A DNA stretch of 32,585 bases from Parachlamydiales bacterium. Lineage in GTDB: Bacteria; Chlamydiota; Chlamydiia; Chlamydiales; Parachlamydiaceae. Shown piece after piece: positions 1-9,410 of this stretch; within the stretch, counting starts at the first letter, position 1; each line of letters opens with the position of its first letter. The notes below the pieces were generated by a model. That model worked only from the letters and a program-made list of their open reading frames with translations. It ran no database searches and was not told where the DNA came from. A program made the position numbers and the translations under genes. The DNA lies in the NCBI GenBank assembly GCA_020051075.1, contig JAGVJP010000123.1, positions 1 through 32,585 of the forward strand, written 5' to 3'.

Positions 1-94
1 ATTAACAAAGGAAACGCCTTTAAACTATGTTTTGAGGTCGTTAATATTTTATAACTAATTGAATATATTCTGGTTATGTTAGCTTAACGCGTAT

Positions 95-126
95 GAAGAG
101 GACTTCCGCACTCCAAACGCTTCGCG
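95..126. repeat. Half copy of a REP-like palindromic repeat
   Basis: gaagaggacttccgcactccaaacgcttcgcg is the exact 32-bp reverse complement of 32520..32551. Confidence 0.85.
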
Positions 127-323
127 CTGAAAAAAATGGGTAATGGTAAGGCCTGACGGCCTGGGCTTTGATATGCCAGCACTTCGTGCCTTAGGACATG
201 CTTATTCTTAGAACTCTTGATCTCCTCCCGAACCTTAGGAACCGCTGATTCTTAGGGCTCTTGAGCTTGTGCATCAGGTGCTATGAAAAATAAGAGTGAC
301 ATTAAAAGTAGCAGAATATTTTT

Positions 324-2096
324 TTATGTTGATGATTTCCTTGTTATTCTTCTTTTTTGCAAGACACATTTCAGAATTTTACTACTTCGTAAACCGATCA
401 TCATAGCTGGTGCTGTAGTATTAATATCAGGAATCACCGGACAGATGGAGTTGTCTGCTACAAAAACGTTCTTTGTTCCATAAACACGTGTGTTGCCATC
501 TACCACACCTCCGGCATTCAGAGGAGCCATTTTACAGTGCGAGACAAAGTGATGTATGTCCAGTGAAAGATTGCTATTATTTTTTACGTACTGCTCAACC
601 ACTGCGTCGTCATAGCCAGTAAGGATGACTAAGTTGATCGGGTCAGTTAAAATGGGTTTAAAGTACAGCGAGGGGAATGGGTACATGGCATATAGTTGAT
701 CTATCAGAGCGCGGATATAGACCTTGACGGCATTCTTCATATTCTCCAGGTCTACAGGATCTTTGTAAAAGGCGTCGTCCGCTGCGGCTATCTGAAATGA
801 GTTATCGCTTTGAATTGTGACACTTCCCTCGCTCACTGGGTTCAAAAGATCAAATCCAATGGTTAATAGCGGAGGTGTCTGCGCAGTAGCCGGTATGAAT
901 TCGAACAAAATCTGTAGCATTCGTGGGTCGTTGGAACTCCCACCCACTACTGGCAAGTAGACATTATTGATAGTAAATGCATATGGAGCTCCAGGTGGTA
1001 TACCACTCAGTGCGGGATCTGCTAGCATCGTAATAAAAATGAGCGGATGGTTTTGGAGATGTTTTCCGACGTTCTCATTGATGAACACGGGCTTGATCCC
1101 TGCATTCTTTAGTGCTTCCGACGGTCCTATACCCGAAAGCTGCAGCAACTTGCTACTGTTGATGCCACTCGCCAAAACAACGGCTTTCCGAGCTTTTGCT
1201 ACGAAGAGTTTACCGTCCTGGACATATTTTACTTGTTTGGCACGCCCATGTTTGTCGAATATGATTTTTACAGCTACGGAATCGAAGAGCATATGCAGTT
1301 TGTGTCCATTAATTCCTCGCCCTTCTGGCGTCATGACTGTGCTATTTAAAAATGCCGTCGCGCTGCTCACTCGTTTGGTCCCTGTAGGATCAATAAACCA
1401 CTGAGCCCGAGGGTCTATGCAATTCTCTACACTCGGATCATTATAGTCCAACACAACTGGAATTCCAGGAAACGCTGCCTGTGACGCGGGCAATAGGACT
1501 TGTGATGTTATCTGCGACAGCGTGGGTGTCTGCAGCACATTGACAGGACCGTTGATTCCTCGTGCCCCTTGTGTGATTGTCAATCCTTGATAATTCTCAA
1601 GAGCATTGAAGGTTTCCAGAATATTGTCCAGGCTCCAATTGCTACTGCCAGAAACTTCTTCCCAACGCGAGTACATGGCGTTAGACCCACGACCATAGTA
1701 TAAGCCGTTAATCGATGAGCCGCCACCCAACAACATTCCTGTTGTCCAATCACTTGTTCGTCCATTGAGCCCTGCCATTGGCAGGGTCTGATTCCATCCT
1801 GGCCAAAAATATTTAGGCTTGCCTGTCCCAGCCAATAGGAATGCTGGGAGACCCACAGCTTCGATTGCTGGATCATCTGTTAAATTTAGCCCCCCCTCTA
1901 TTCCTATTACTGAAAAGAGACCATCTTTTGATAGCTCGCTCATCAATATGCAGCCTGCCGCTCCACCACCAACGACTATGATATCTGCCTCTAGTACGTT
2001 TCCCGACCTTCTGCATCGATAAGGGGAAGATGAATGACCAAAAAGGTTGACTGTTGTAGCGATGATTAAAGCGAGCGCAATAAATCTGATCTTCAT
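324..2096 (-). CDS. GMC family oxidoreductase (choline dehydrogenase/alcohol oxidase-like) with signal peptide
   Basis: FAD-binding motif DIIVVGGGAAG; LGGGSSING; GINSSKLLQLSGIG; VGKHLQNH; C-terminal HHFVSHCKM and NTTAPAMMIG catalytic His/Asn region; VVDGNTRVYG. Start moved to ATG 2096 (MKIRFIALALII, signal-like) with AGGA RBS upstream. Confidence 0.92.
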   Translation of the reverse strand: MKIRFIALALIIATTVNLFGHSSSPYRCRRSGNVLEADIIVVGGGAAGCILMSELSKDGLFSVIGIEGGLNLTDDPAIEAVGLPAFLLAGTGKPKYFWPGWNQTLPMAGLNGRTSDWTTGMLLGGGSSINGLYYGRGSNAMYSRWEEVSGSSNWSLDNILETFNALENYQGLTITQGARGINGPVNVLQTPTLSQITSQVLLPASQAAFPGIPVVLDYNDPSVENCIDPRAQWFIDPTGTKRVSSATAFLNSTVMTPEGRGINGHKLHMLFDSVAVKIIFDKHGRAKQVKYVQDGKLFVAKARKAVVLASGINSSKLLQLSGIGPSEALKNAGIKPVFINENVGKHLQNHPLIFITMLADPALSGIPPGAPYAFTINNVYLPVVGGSSNDPRMLQILFEFIPATAQTPPLLTIGFDLLNPVSEGSVTIQSDNSFQIAAADDAFYKDPVDLENMKNAVKVYIRALIDQLYAMYPFPSLYFKPILTDPINLVILTGYDDAVVEQYVKNNSNLSLDIHHFVSHCKMAPLNAGGVVDGNTRVYGTKNVFVADNSICPVIPDINTTAPAMMIGLRSSKILKCVLQKRRITRKSST

Positions 2097-2121
2097 AGTT
2101 GAATCCTCATAGTTGAATCCT
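2094..2121 (-). repeat. 14-bp perfect tandem duplication of RBS plus start codon
   Basis: catagttgaatcct x2 on + strand, i.e. AGGATTCAACTATG x2 on - strand. Confidence 0.85.
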
Positions 2122-2124
2122 CCG

Positions 2125-2153
2125 ACTATCAATATCAAAATTTTTGTTGTCAA
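2125..2153 (-). promoter_or_regulatory. Possible sigma70/sigma66 promoter for the GMC gene
   Basis: Minus strand TTGACA-N17-GATAGT. The TTG start in the ORF track coincides with this -35 box. Confidence 0.35.
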
Positions 2154-2206
2154 GAAATTAGTATCAGAGGCTGAAAAAACTATTTTCAGCTCCCAGGCGA
2201 GTGTGG

Positions 2207-3151
2207 CTACTTTTGATTTTTCTCCCTAAATGCTCCACGAAGGGCTGCTACCGCTACATCAAGGGATTGCTGGGCCAGCTTAGAAGCTCGAGCCCCGTTA
2301 CCGGCAAGGTGGCCAACGCCAAACTGAGTATAAACGTTGGTATGCACTCCTGATGACAGCAAGCGGTCTGCATATTTCTGGGCATCCTTACGGAACATGT
2401 CCTTCTCAGCTAAAATGATGAGAGCCGGTGGGAGATGAGACAGGTCTTTAGCAAAAATTGGAGAGACATACGGGTTGCTTGTCTCTTCAGGGTTTTTGAC
2501 ATATTGTGCAGCGATCCAGCGCTCTGAATCAAACTCATCCCCTTGAAGTTGAAGCGTTCCACCCCATGTATTATCTACGACAGGATTGATCAATACCTGC
2601 AAATCAATTGCGGGTCCTTTTCGATCACGTGCTTCAAGGCACAATGCAGCCGCCATCCCACCGCCCGCACTATCTCCAACGACAGCCAGGCGGGAAGGAT
2701 TAGTATTAAATTTTTGCGCATGATCGACAATCCAAAGCAAACCATCGTAGCATTGTTCCAGGGGGACAGGGAACTTCCCTTCTGGTGCATTGAGATATCC
2801 CACAGAAACAACCAATGCTTGAACTTCTCTGCATAGATATCGGGCTAAATTATCATGTGTATCTAAAGTGCCAGCCACCCATGCACCGCCATGAATATAC
2901 AGGATAATCGGTAAATCTTTTTGCTCATTTGGCGTGTAAATGCGAAGAGGTGTTGTCCGGTCATCATTTTTTATCGTGATATTTTCTACTTTCAAGACCT
3001 CTGGTTTTTCGGCTTCAATCGCTAAGAACTTTTCATTCAGCATTTTTCTTACTATATCTGGGCCCATTTCCCAGAAGGATTGAGCTAGGACTTTTTCTGT
3101 AATCATCAAAATACCTATGCAGAATATCACTAGGAACAGTTTTCTATTCAT
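2207..3151 (-). CDS. Alpha/beta hydrolase, hormone-sensitive-lipase (family IV) esterase with signal peptide
   Basis: HGGAW oxyanion motif, GDSAGG nucleophile elbow, late Asp (EKDMF) and His (GVGHL); hydrophobic N-terminus ending VLA-Q. Confidence 0.92.
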   Translation of the reverse strand: MNRKLFLVIFCIGILMITEKVLAQSFWEMGPDIVRKMLNEKFLAIEAEKPEVLKVENITIKNDDRTTPLRIYTPNEQKDLPIILYIHGGAWVAGTLDTHDNLARYLCREVQALVVSVGYLNAPEGKFPVPLEQCYDGLLWIVDHAQKFNTNPSRLAVVGDSAGGGMAAALCLEARDRKGPAIDLQVLINPVVDNTWGGTLQLQGDEFDSERWIAAQYVKNPEETSNPYVSPIFAKDLSHLPPALIILAEKDMFRKDAQKYADRLLSSGVHTNVYTQFGVGHLAGNGARASKLAQQSLDVAVAALRGAFREKNQK

Positions 3152-3941
3152 GAATTGGATCCTCTTTTTTATGCAATTGATCTCTTACTTGTATCAACTG
3201 CGCTGCAACGCTGATGGCAATTTCTTGGGGATGGTTATTGCCTATATCTAAGCCTATGGGGCAATAAAATGCATCCTTACATGAAGAGGGGAGGTTGACT
3301 TCTTCGATGTCTTTTTTGATTCTAGCAGCTTTAGCCTTGCTTCCGATCACACCTAAATAGGGAAATTGCTTGGTTCTTAGGATTTCCAACAAAATAGGCA
3401 AATCAGTGCTATGACCCATTGTCATCAGCAAAACAAATGTATCTTGACTGAGATGTTTCACTTCAGAGACCATATCTTGGGTGTGCGTTAATAATAATTT
3501 CGGCGATTTTGGAAGTTTATCAAGCCAAACCTGGCGAGTGTCCAGGCACTGAATTTGACACTCCAGCAAGAGGAGAAGAGGGATGAGTGCATTGGCGACA
3601 TGGCCGGCACCAAAGACAGCAATTTCCCATGTTTTGGTATGATATGCTTCAAAATATAATTTTACAACACCTCCACAGGTCATGCCGACATCTTGTTTTA
3701 AGTTCCATGTGACAAAGGATGTTGTCAAATGTCTATTTTCTAAAAGTGTTTTGGCCTCATTTAAGGCTTTAAATTCTAGTTTTCCACCACCCACAGTACC
3801 TCCATGCAAGCCATCTTTAGTGACTAACATCTTGCTGCCGACATCTTGAGGGGAACTGCCAATGACATCAATCAGGGTGACCATGACAAAAGGGATAGTT
3901 GACAATAGCAGCTCGTTGAATTGTTCATGGATGGAAAGCAT
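3144..3941 (-). CDS. xdhC: Xanthine dehydrogenase accessory protein XdhC (Moco insertion chaperone)
   Basis: GSSPQDVGSKMLV, GTVGGGKLE, GMTCGG, VFGAGHVA, MTMGHSTD, YLGVIGSKAK, CPIG, PQEIAISVAAQL; directly downstream of the XDH-family gene. Confidence 0.93.
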   Translation of the reverse strand: MLSIHEQFNELLLSTIPFVMVTLIDVIGSSPQDVGSKMLVTKDGLHGGTVGGGKLEFKALNEAKTLLENRHLTTSFVTWNLKQDVGMTCGGVVKLYFEAYHTKTWEIAVFGAGHVANALIPLLLLLECQIQCLDTRQVWLDKLPKSPKLLLTHTQDMVSEVKHLSQDTFVLLMTMGHSTDLPILLEILRTKQFPYLGVIGSKAKAARIKKDIEEVNLPSSCKDAFYCPIGLDIGNNHPQEIAISVAAQLIQVRDQLHKKEDPIHE

Positions 3942-3954
3942 AACGGTATATCTA

Positions 3955-6900
3955 TTAAAGCGTTAGTGAATCGGTTGTCACGTCGCACAGCGTCTGGATA
4001 CGTTGACAAGTCATCGGTAATTCCATATCTATCCATTCATCTTTACCAGTCAACTCAATCCTGGCTTCCTTAATGGCTTGTTTGATAGCAATATAAGTGG
4101 ATGCTCCTAACGTCAATGACGACTCTGTGAATGACTTAGAAGATTTCACTGCTTGTTGTTCAGCTTGCTTTTCTCTGGCGTTTTTCTTTTCATCGACCGG
4201 TTGAAGCTTTACTCGGAAATCGATTGGAATTGTTTTTGAACATGGCGGCTTATAACTCCAAATATTATCCGTCACCAGACGTCCATGTTCATCATAGATA
4301 AGTTCTTCTGTGGTTGCAAATCCTATGCCTTGAACAAAGCCCCCCTCGAGCTGACCGATGTCGATGGCAGGATTTGGTGATTTATTAACATCGCTGACAG
4401 CATCCACACGCAATATTGTGAACTCGCCGGTTAATACATCAATTTCTACTTCTGTGACCGCAGCGCCGTAGGCATAATAAAGGAATGGTTTTCCTCTAGG
4501 ATTTTTTTCTGTCGGGCCTTTGTAGTGAGGGACTGTGTAAAGTTCAGTTGCGCTAAGGTTAATGCGTTGAAACCATGCCTGGAAGACAATTTCCTTCCAT
4601 TTTTCCTTCCATTTGGTGCGCCAGTCTTCTATGCAGGAATGGGGGGTGAATTGCTCCAGGTTCCGGCAGAGATCTTCTAGACGATTTCGAAGAACTAGGC
4701 AGGCTTTTTCCACTGCCCCTCCACATAGATCGAAGCCAGTGGATGCTGCAGTTGGGGGGCAGTTGGGGATTGCATTGGTGTTGTTGCCTCCAATGCGGAT
4801 ATATTCAATAGGAATTCCTAATGTATTGGCTGCAAGTTGCGCCAATTTCATGTGCAGCCCCTGTCCCATTTCAACACCGCCATGGTAGATGAACACCGAT
4901 GCATCTGCCATATTAACCGTTACAACTGCGCTGGAGGCGTTTAAAGACCCTCGAGGCTCGGTGAATCCAATTCCATGCTTTTGGGGAACCATGACGATGC
5001 TGCGTTTACGCCAACGGTTTTCTTGATTGAATTTCAACACTTCCTTTTGGCGTCTTTCGAAATCCGAAGACTTGTAAAGGTCATCCCAAATTGTGCGGAT
5101 GTTGCAAAAGTCCAGCTTCTGTCCAAAATGGGTGGTATCGTAAGAATCCTCGGTACCGTCTTTGTACATATTTTTATAACGAATCTCTTCTGGATGTACT
5201 TTGCGTCCGAGTTTTTTGGTTAATTGAAAAGCGACATGCTCAAGGGCGTTTTCGACTATCGCCCAAGCCTGTACAACTCCAAACGTGCGGAAGGCTGTAT
5301 TGCTTGCTTTGTTCGTTCGGTATGCCTTCCCATTGGCTTGCAAAGTCTCAACATAATAGGATTGGTCGATATTCAACAAACTGGAGTCCATGACGGCGAA
5401 TGTGCAGTCATATGTATCGCCTGCATCAGAAATAAGGTCGATACGCATGCCTTTAATCGTTCCATCGTCAGTATAAGCAACGTGATACTCGCCATAATAG
5501 GGATGCCGCTTTCCTACTGCCTGCATGTCAGTAGATCGATCGTAATGCAAACGAATTGGCAGCCGAAGTTTATACGCTGCTACAGCAGCTTGAGCGCCTA
5601 CAATGTTAGCCCGATGTTGCTTCCCCCCAAATCCGCCCCCAATTTGTTCAATGACAAGGGTGATTTGATTGTGACTGACTCCTAAAGCTTTAGCGATGGT
5701 GCCTTGTGTGCCGTTGGGATTTTGTGTAGAGCAATAAACGGTCATTTGATCATAGGCTTCCGGCACGGCTAAAGCGCACATGGTTTCCATATAAAAATGT
5801 GCTTGCGACGAAGTTGTGAATGTTCCGCTTACAACATCAGTGCCTGGCATGGGTTTCTTGGGATTTTTCAGCCATTCCTCATTACTTCCATCGCGGGTGA
5901 TTGTAGGGATGCGCTGTTGGATGTCTTCATCTTCATTTGCTGCTTTCCTTATCATGGGCATCTCAGCACTGCGTTTAACAGCTTCTTCAATTGAGGTAAT
6001 GGCAGGAAGCTCTTCATAAACGATGCATTCTTTTTCGACATATGCGACTGCTTTATATGCTGTAGCAACGGAATCAGCAACCACCATGCCAATAGGTGCG
6101 GCAACAGAGGTGACAACACCATCGCTAAATATGGGGTCGTCTGCGCCTAAACCAACCAGTTTAGAACCTCCCTTCGGGATATCTTCAACGGTGATCAAAT
6201 CTTTAAAGCCTGGAAATTTTTTAATCAGCAGCTCTTTTAGCTCATTTAAACCCGAAGTGATTTTAGTAAACGAAAAACGTGCGTGGGGCCTTGAACTCTT
6301 CACCATGACACCGTGCAGTCCTCCAAGGGGAAGGCCGATGTCTTGGGTAAACTTGACTTCTCCAGAAGCTTGGACAAAAGCCCCGCGTTTGACTATAGGC
6401 TGGGTCAAGGGGTATAATTCGGGGTATTCATACCATTCTTGTTTTCCAGTCGATAAAGGCCTTACATCATGGTGTGCGGATGATGCTGTCTTGCTGCTGA
6501 CCAATTCAGGCTTCATTGAAACCGCAACGTACAGGAAGAATTTATAAAAGAAATTTTCTGCCAGTCGAAGACGATATGGAGTGCTAATGCCCTCTTCCTC
6601 CATTGGGATGGTCATTTCCTTGACTTCTTGCTTGAGAACTAACAGGCTCGACTTCAACGTTTCATTATTGATGGGTTTGCCTATAAGAAATTGCTCGGTC
6701 TTGTATGCTCGGCAATTTAAAGAGGCAAGTCCACCATACACAATCGTTGCTTCTTCAACATGAGCATCTTGCCCGTTGCTGAGACGGAAACGGAATCCTG
6801 CATTCACAATCGGGTGCGCCATTTGCACTCTGCGAGCAATCCGATACGTCTGTACGTACTCTTGAGGCCGAGTATAGGGAATATGAAAAGATAAAATGAG

Positions 6901-8085
6901 TGCATCTTCAGGCAGGTCTTGCACGGCAGGCATTTCGGTGAGAAGAAAACTTTTGAATCCATCTTTGTATTCTAGGGAACCAATGGTGACTGTCGTTCCA
7001 AGAGCAGCAAGAACCGTATAGACATCCGAAGGAAAGGGACTGCCGTGGTCTGCATGATCCTTTGTCATGAATATATTACCGGCGATGCTTCCGGCAGAGC
7101 GGACCTGAAGGCCAGCGATGTATGCTGCATGACGTTTAAACTCTTTAAGCCCTGCAGTCTGATGGTCTGGCCGTGTTTGTATGACTTCAGAAATAAAGTT
7201 AACCGCCTCCTGAATCGTCACTGCAGCTCCAACAAAAAGGCCTGAATCCTGTACTTCTATTTTTCCTAATGGCTCAATAGCGGAAATATCAATGAGGGTT
7301 TTTACATGTTCTGTTTGATAAACACCGGATGCTGTATTTCCGATAATGATCCTGACTTCATGGCGTCCAGCCTGGCTAACGCAATTCTTCTTCAACCGAT
7401 GGGCTTCTTCAAGAGTTAGAGGGCGATAGTATTGGTGATCAGTGCTTTTAAAATGAATGGCCCTTGGGGAGGGATTATAGTCAGGAAGCTCTTCCAATTT
7501 AATTGGCGTCATCTCTTTCTTAAAATGAACATAAAAACTTGGATCGATCAGACATTGTTGAGTCTTATCTGAGGCAGCGTCATAGTCAGAAGCTAATGTG
7601 CGCATGCTATGGAGAATGGGGCGATACCCTGTGCAACGGCAAAGATTGCCGCCATAAATGTCTTCAATCTCCTGCTCGCTTGCTGAAGGTTTTTGTTGCA
7701 GGAATGCATGCGTATTCATCACAAAACCGGGTGTGCAAAAACCGCACTGGCTTCCATTATATCGCGCAATGCACACCTGTGTAGGATCCATCCCTTTATG
7801 AACACTGCCAATCCCTTCAGTCGTCGTCACCAACATTCCATCCAGTGTGCATAACAGGCGCAAACAAGCATTTATCGGCCGATGGATTGTTGTGCCATCA
7901 GGTTTCTTGTGCGAGAGCATGACAGTGCAAGCGCCGCATCCTCCCTGTCCGCAGGACACCTTTGTGCCTGTCAACCCCACTTGGCCCAGATAATCCGTTA
8001 ACTTTACAGCGGGATTTGGATTCAAGATTTCCACTTTGACGCCATTTAGCCAGAAGATTAACTGATTAGAATAAGATGCGTCCAT
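3955..8085 (-). CDS. Single-chain xanthine dehydrogenase/aldehyde oxidase family molybdo-flavoenzyme (2x[2Fe-2S] + FAD + Moco domains fused)
   Basis: GTKVSCGQGGCGAC, SQCGFCTPGF and GNLCRCTGYRPI Fe-S motifs; FAD domain IIIGNT/QVRSAGSIAGN; Moco domain QAHFYME, GGGFGGK, AFRTFG, GVEMGQGLH, GQLEGGFVQGIG. Confidence 0.95.
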   Translation of the reverse strand: MDASYSNQLIFWLNGVKVEILNPNPAVKLTDYLGQVGLTGTKVSCGQGGCGACTVMLSHKKPDGTTIHRPINACLRLLCTLDGMLVTTTEGIGSVHKGMDPTQVCIARYNGSQCGFCTPGFVMNTHAFLQQKPSASEQEIEDIYGGNLCRCTGYRPILHSMRTLASDYDAASDKTQQCLIDPSFYVHFKKEMTPIKLEELPDYNPSPRAIHFKSTDHQYYRPLTLEEAHRLKKNCVSQAGRHEVRIIIGNTASGVYQTEHVKTLIDISAIEPLGKIEVQDSGLFVGAAVTIQEAVNFISEVIQTRPDHQTAGLKEFKRHAAYIAGLQVRSAGSIAGNIFMTKDHADHGSPFPSDVYTVLAALGTTVTIGSLEYKDGFKSFLLTEMPAVQDLPEDALILSFHIPYTRPQEYVQTYRIARRVQMAHPIVNAGFRFRLSNGQDAHVEEATIVYGGLASLNCRAYKTEQFLIGKPINNETLKSSLLVLKQEVKEMTIPMEEEGISTPYRLRLAENFFYKFFLYVAVSMKPELVSSKTASSAHHDVRPLSTGKQEWYEYPELYPLTQPIVKRGAFVQASGEVKFTQDIGLPLGGLHGVMVKSSRPHARFSFTKITSGLNELKELLIKKFPGFKDLITVEDIPKGGSKLVGLGADDPIFSDGVVTSVAAPIGMVVADSVATAYKAVAYVEKECIVYEELPAITSIEEAVKRSAEMPMIRKAANEDEDIQQRIPTITRDGSNEEWLKNPKKPMPGTDVVSGTFTTSSQAHFYMETMCALAVPEAYDQMTVYCSTQNPNGTQGTIAKALGVSHNQITLVIEQIGGGFGGKQHRANIVGAQAAVAAYKLRLPIRLHYDRSTDMQAVGKRHPYYGEYHVAYTDDGTIKGMRIDLISDAGDTYDCTFAVMDSSLLNIDQSYYVETLQANGKAYRTNKASNTAFRTFGVVQAWAIVENALEHVAFQLTKKLGRKVHPEEIRYKNMYKDGTEDSYDTTHFGQKLDFCNIRTIWDDLYKSSDFERRQKEVLKFNQENRWRKRSIVMVPQKHGIGFTEPRGSLNASSAVVTVNMADASVFIYHGGVEMGQGLHMKLAQLAANTLGIPIEYIRIGGNNTNAIPNCPPTAASTGFDLCGGAVEKACLVLRNRLEDLCRNLEQFTPHSCIEDWRTKWKEKWKEIVFQAWFQRINLSATELYTVPHYKGPTEKNPRGKPFLYYAYGAAVTEVEIDVLTGEFTILRVDAVSDVNKSPNPAIDIGQLEGGFVQGIGFATTEELIYDEHGRLVTDNIWSYKPPCSKTIPIDFRVKLQPVDEKKNAREKQAEQQAVKSSKSFTESSLTLGASTYIAIKQAIKEARIELTGKDEWIDMELPMTCQRIQTLCDVTTDSLTL

Positions 8086-8150
8086 CTAAGAACCCCCAAA
8101 AAACGCTAGTTTAGTGATGAAGAAGGAGTTGGTAGCACCAATTCCTGTCA

Positions 8151-9281
8151 TCATTGAATTTGATCCATATTACTCGGCCCTGTACCTGTACTAGGATCAG
8201 TTTTCCATGGCCAGGCAGTACTGTTGTATGGAACTTGGGGCGGTAAGATCGCCTTGAAGCCGTGACTGGTCGCTTCAGCTTCGATCACTTTGCGTGCACT
8301 GCCTCCGAGGAGTTCAAAATCCATTAAACGTGGATTTTTAAAAAAGACTTCACCAATCAATCGATCTGATACGATGCGCATGAAAGCATCCATCATTAAT
8401 TCGGGTGTAGTCGTAAAATCGGTGGTCTCCAAAAGGATCAGACGGTCGTTTAACGCTTCTTGTCCAAAAAACTGCACAAGGATTGAAAACAAGATATTAT
8501 TCTGACGAGCGACATAAATCGAATTACTTAAACCATAAGTGCTAGCCCAATCTTTACCGATCATTTTTTTCCATTGCTCTAGCACACCCCACCAGTGTTT
8601 CACCTGCGCGTTTGTAGCCACATCAATTAGCTTAGCCAAATTAGGTTTAATATTTCGTGCCCAAGACTCAAGCTCATCAAAAGTATAGGTGCTGTTCTTT
8701 AGGCAAGTATCCATAAAAACAGCGATTTGTTTGAGAGTTTCTCTGAACAGATCGCGCACTTCAGGCTGCAGGTTCAATGTGTCCAGCGAATCTAGGGATG
8801 TTTGCACATTAGTGCGATAAGCTTTTAAACTTCCCAGCCACGCCAAGTTTACCGAAGGATTAGCGGTATAGGGGGATAATAAAACAAATGTAGCCATGGC
8901 GCAATGGCCGATCGATTTTGCTACCTGGTATACCTGAGGGACTGATTCTGCCTCCAGAGGTGGCTGTCCAGGCCGGTAAAGAATAAAACGGCCGCCTTTG
9001 CCGCTAAACAATCCCATGATTAAATGATGATTATTCAGGAAATCGTTTCTATAAATCCCTAACGATTTATCGTATATCGTAAACATATTGTCATTGAGTA
9101 CAATCATATTGTTAAAAGCAATCTGTGCTTTAGGAATAGGTTTGCTCGGATCCATGACAAAAGACTGCATAAATTCTGGTACTTTTGGAATTTCGTCTTT
9201 GGGTACATTTGAGATTTCGTCAGCCATGCCCAAACTTGATGCGAATACAGTCGAAAAAATTAGATAAGAAAAAATTTTCAT
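8151..9281 (-). CDS. Hypothetical secreted/periplasmic alpha-helical protein
   Basis: Long ORF; likely start ATG 9281 gives a signal-like MKIFSYLIFSTVFASSLGMA. No family recognised. Confidence 0.75.
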   Translation of the reverse strand: MKIFSYLIFSTVFASSLGMADEISNVPKDEIPKVPEFMQSFVMDPSKPIPKAQIAFNNMIVLNDNMFTIYDKSLGIYRNDFLNNHHLIMGLFSGKGGRFILYRPGQPPLEAESVPQVYQVAKSIGHCAMATFVLLSPYTANPSVNLAWLGSLKAYRTNVQTSLDSLDTLNLQPEVRDLFRETLKQIAVFMDTCLKNSTYTFDELESWARNIKPNLAKLIDVATNAQVKHWWGVLEQWKKMIGKDWASTYGLSNSIYVARQNNILFSILVQFFGQEALNDRLILLETTDFTTTPELMMDAFMRIVSDRLIGEVFFKNPRLMDFELLGGSARKVIEAEATSHGFKAILPPQVPYNSTAWPWKTDPSTGTGPSNMDQIQ

Positions 9282-9410
9282 AAAGCTCTCTTTGTTGGCA
9301 ACCTGTTTTTTTCCCAGGCTCTGCGTTGATCCTGATTCTGTCAAATTTCACCAAATAAAGACAAACTGTTTATAAAAAATTTTTGAAAATGATTGATGCA
9401 ACAACGCCGT

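Noticed and set aside
147..270. Short imperfect repeats (ttcttagaactcttga / ttcttagggctcttga, ggcctgacggcc)
   Set aside because: Too short and irregular to define an array or element from this window.
2170..2190. Hairpin gctgaaaa/ttttcagc as an intrinsic terminator
   Set aside because: AT-rich 8-bp stem with no clear U-tract on the minus strand; too weak to call.
3955..8085. Assigning the symbol xdhA/xdhB and xanthine as substrate
   Set aside because: Fused architecture and apparent substitution of the Glu802/Arg880 equivalents.
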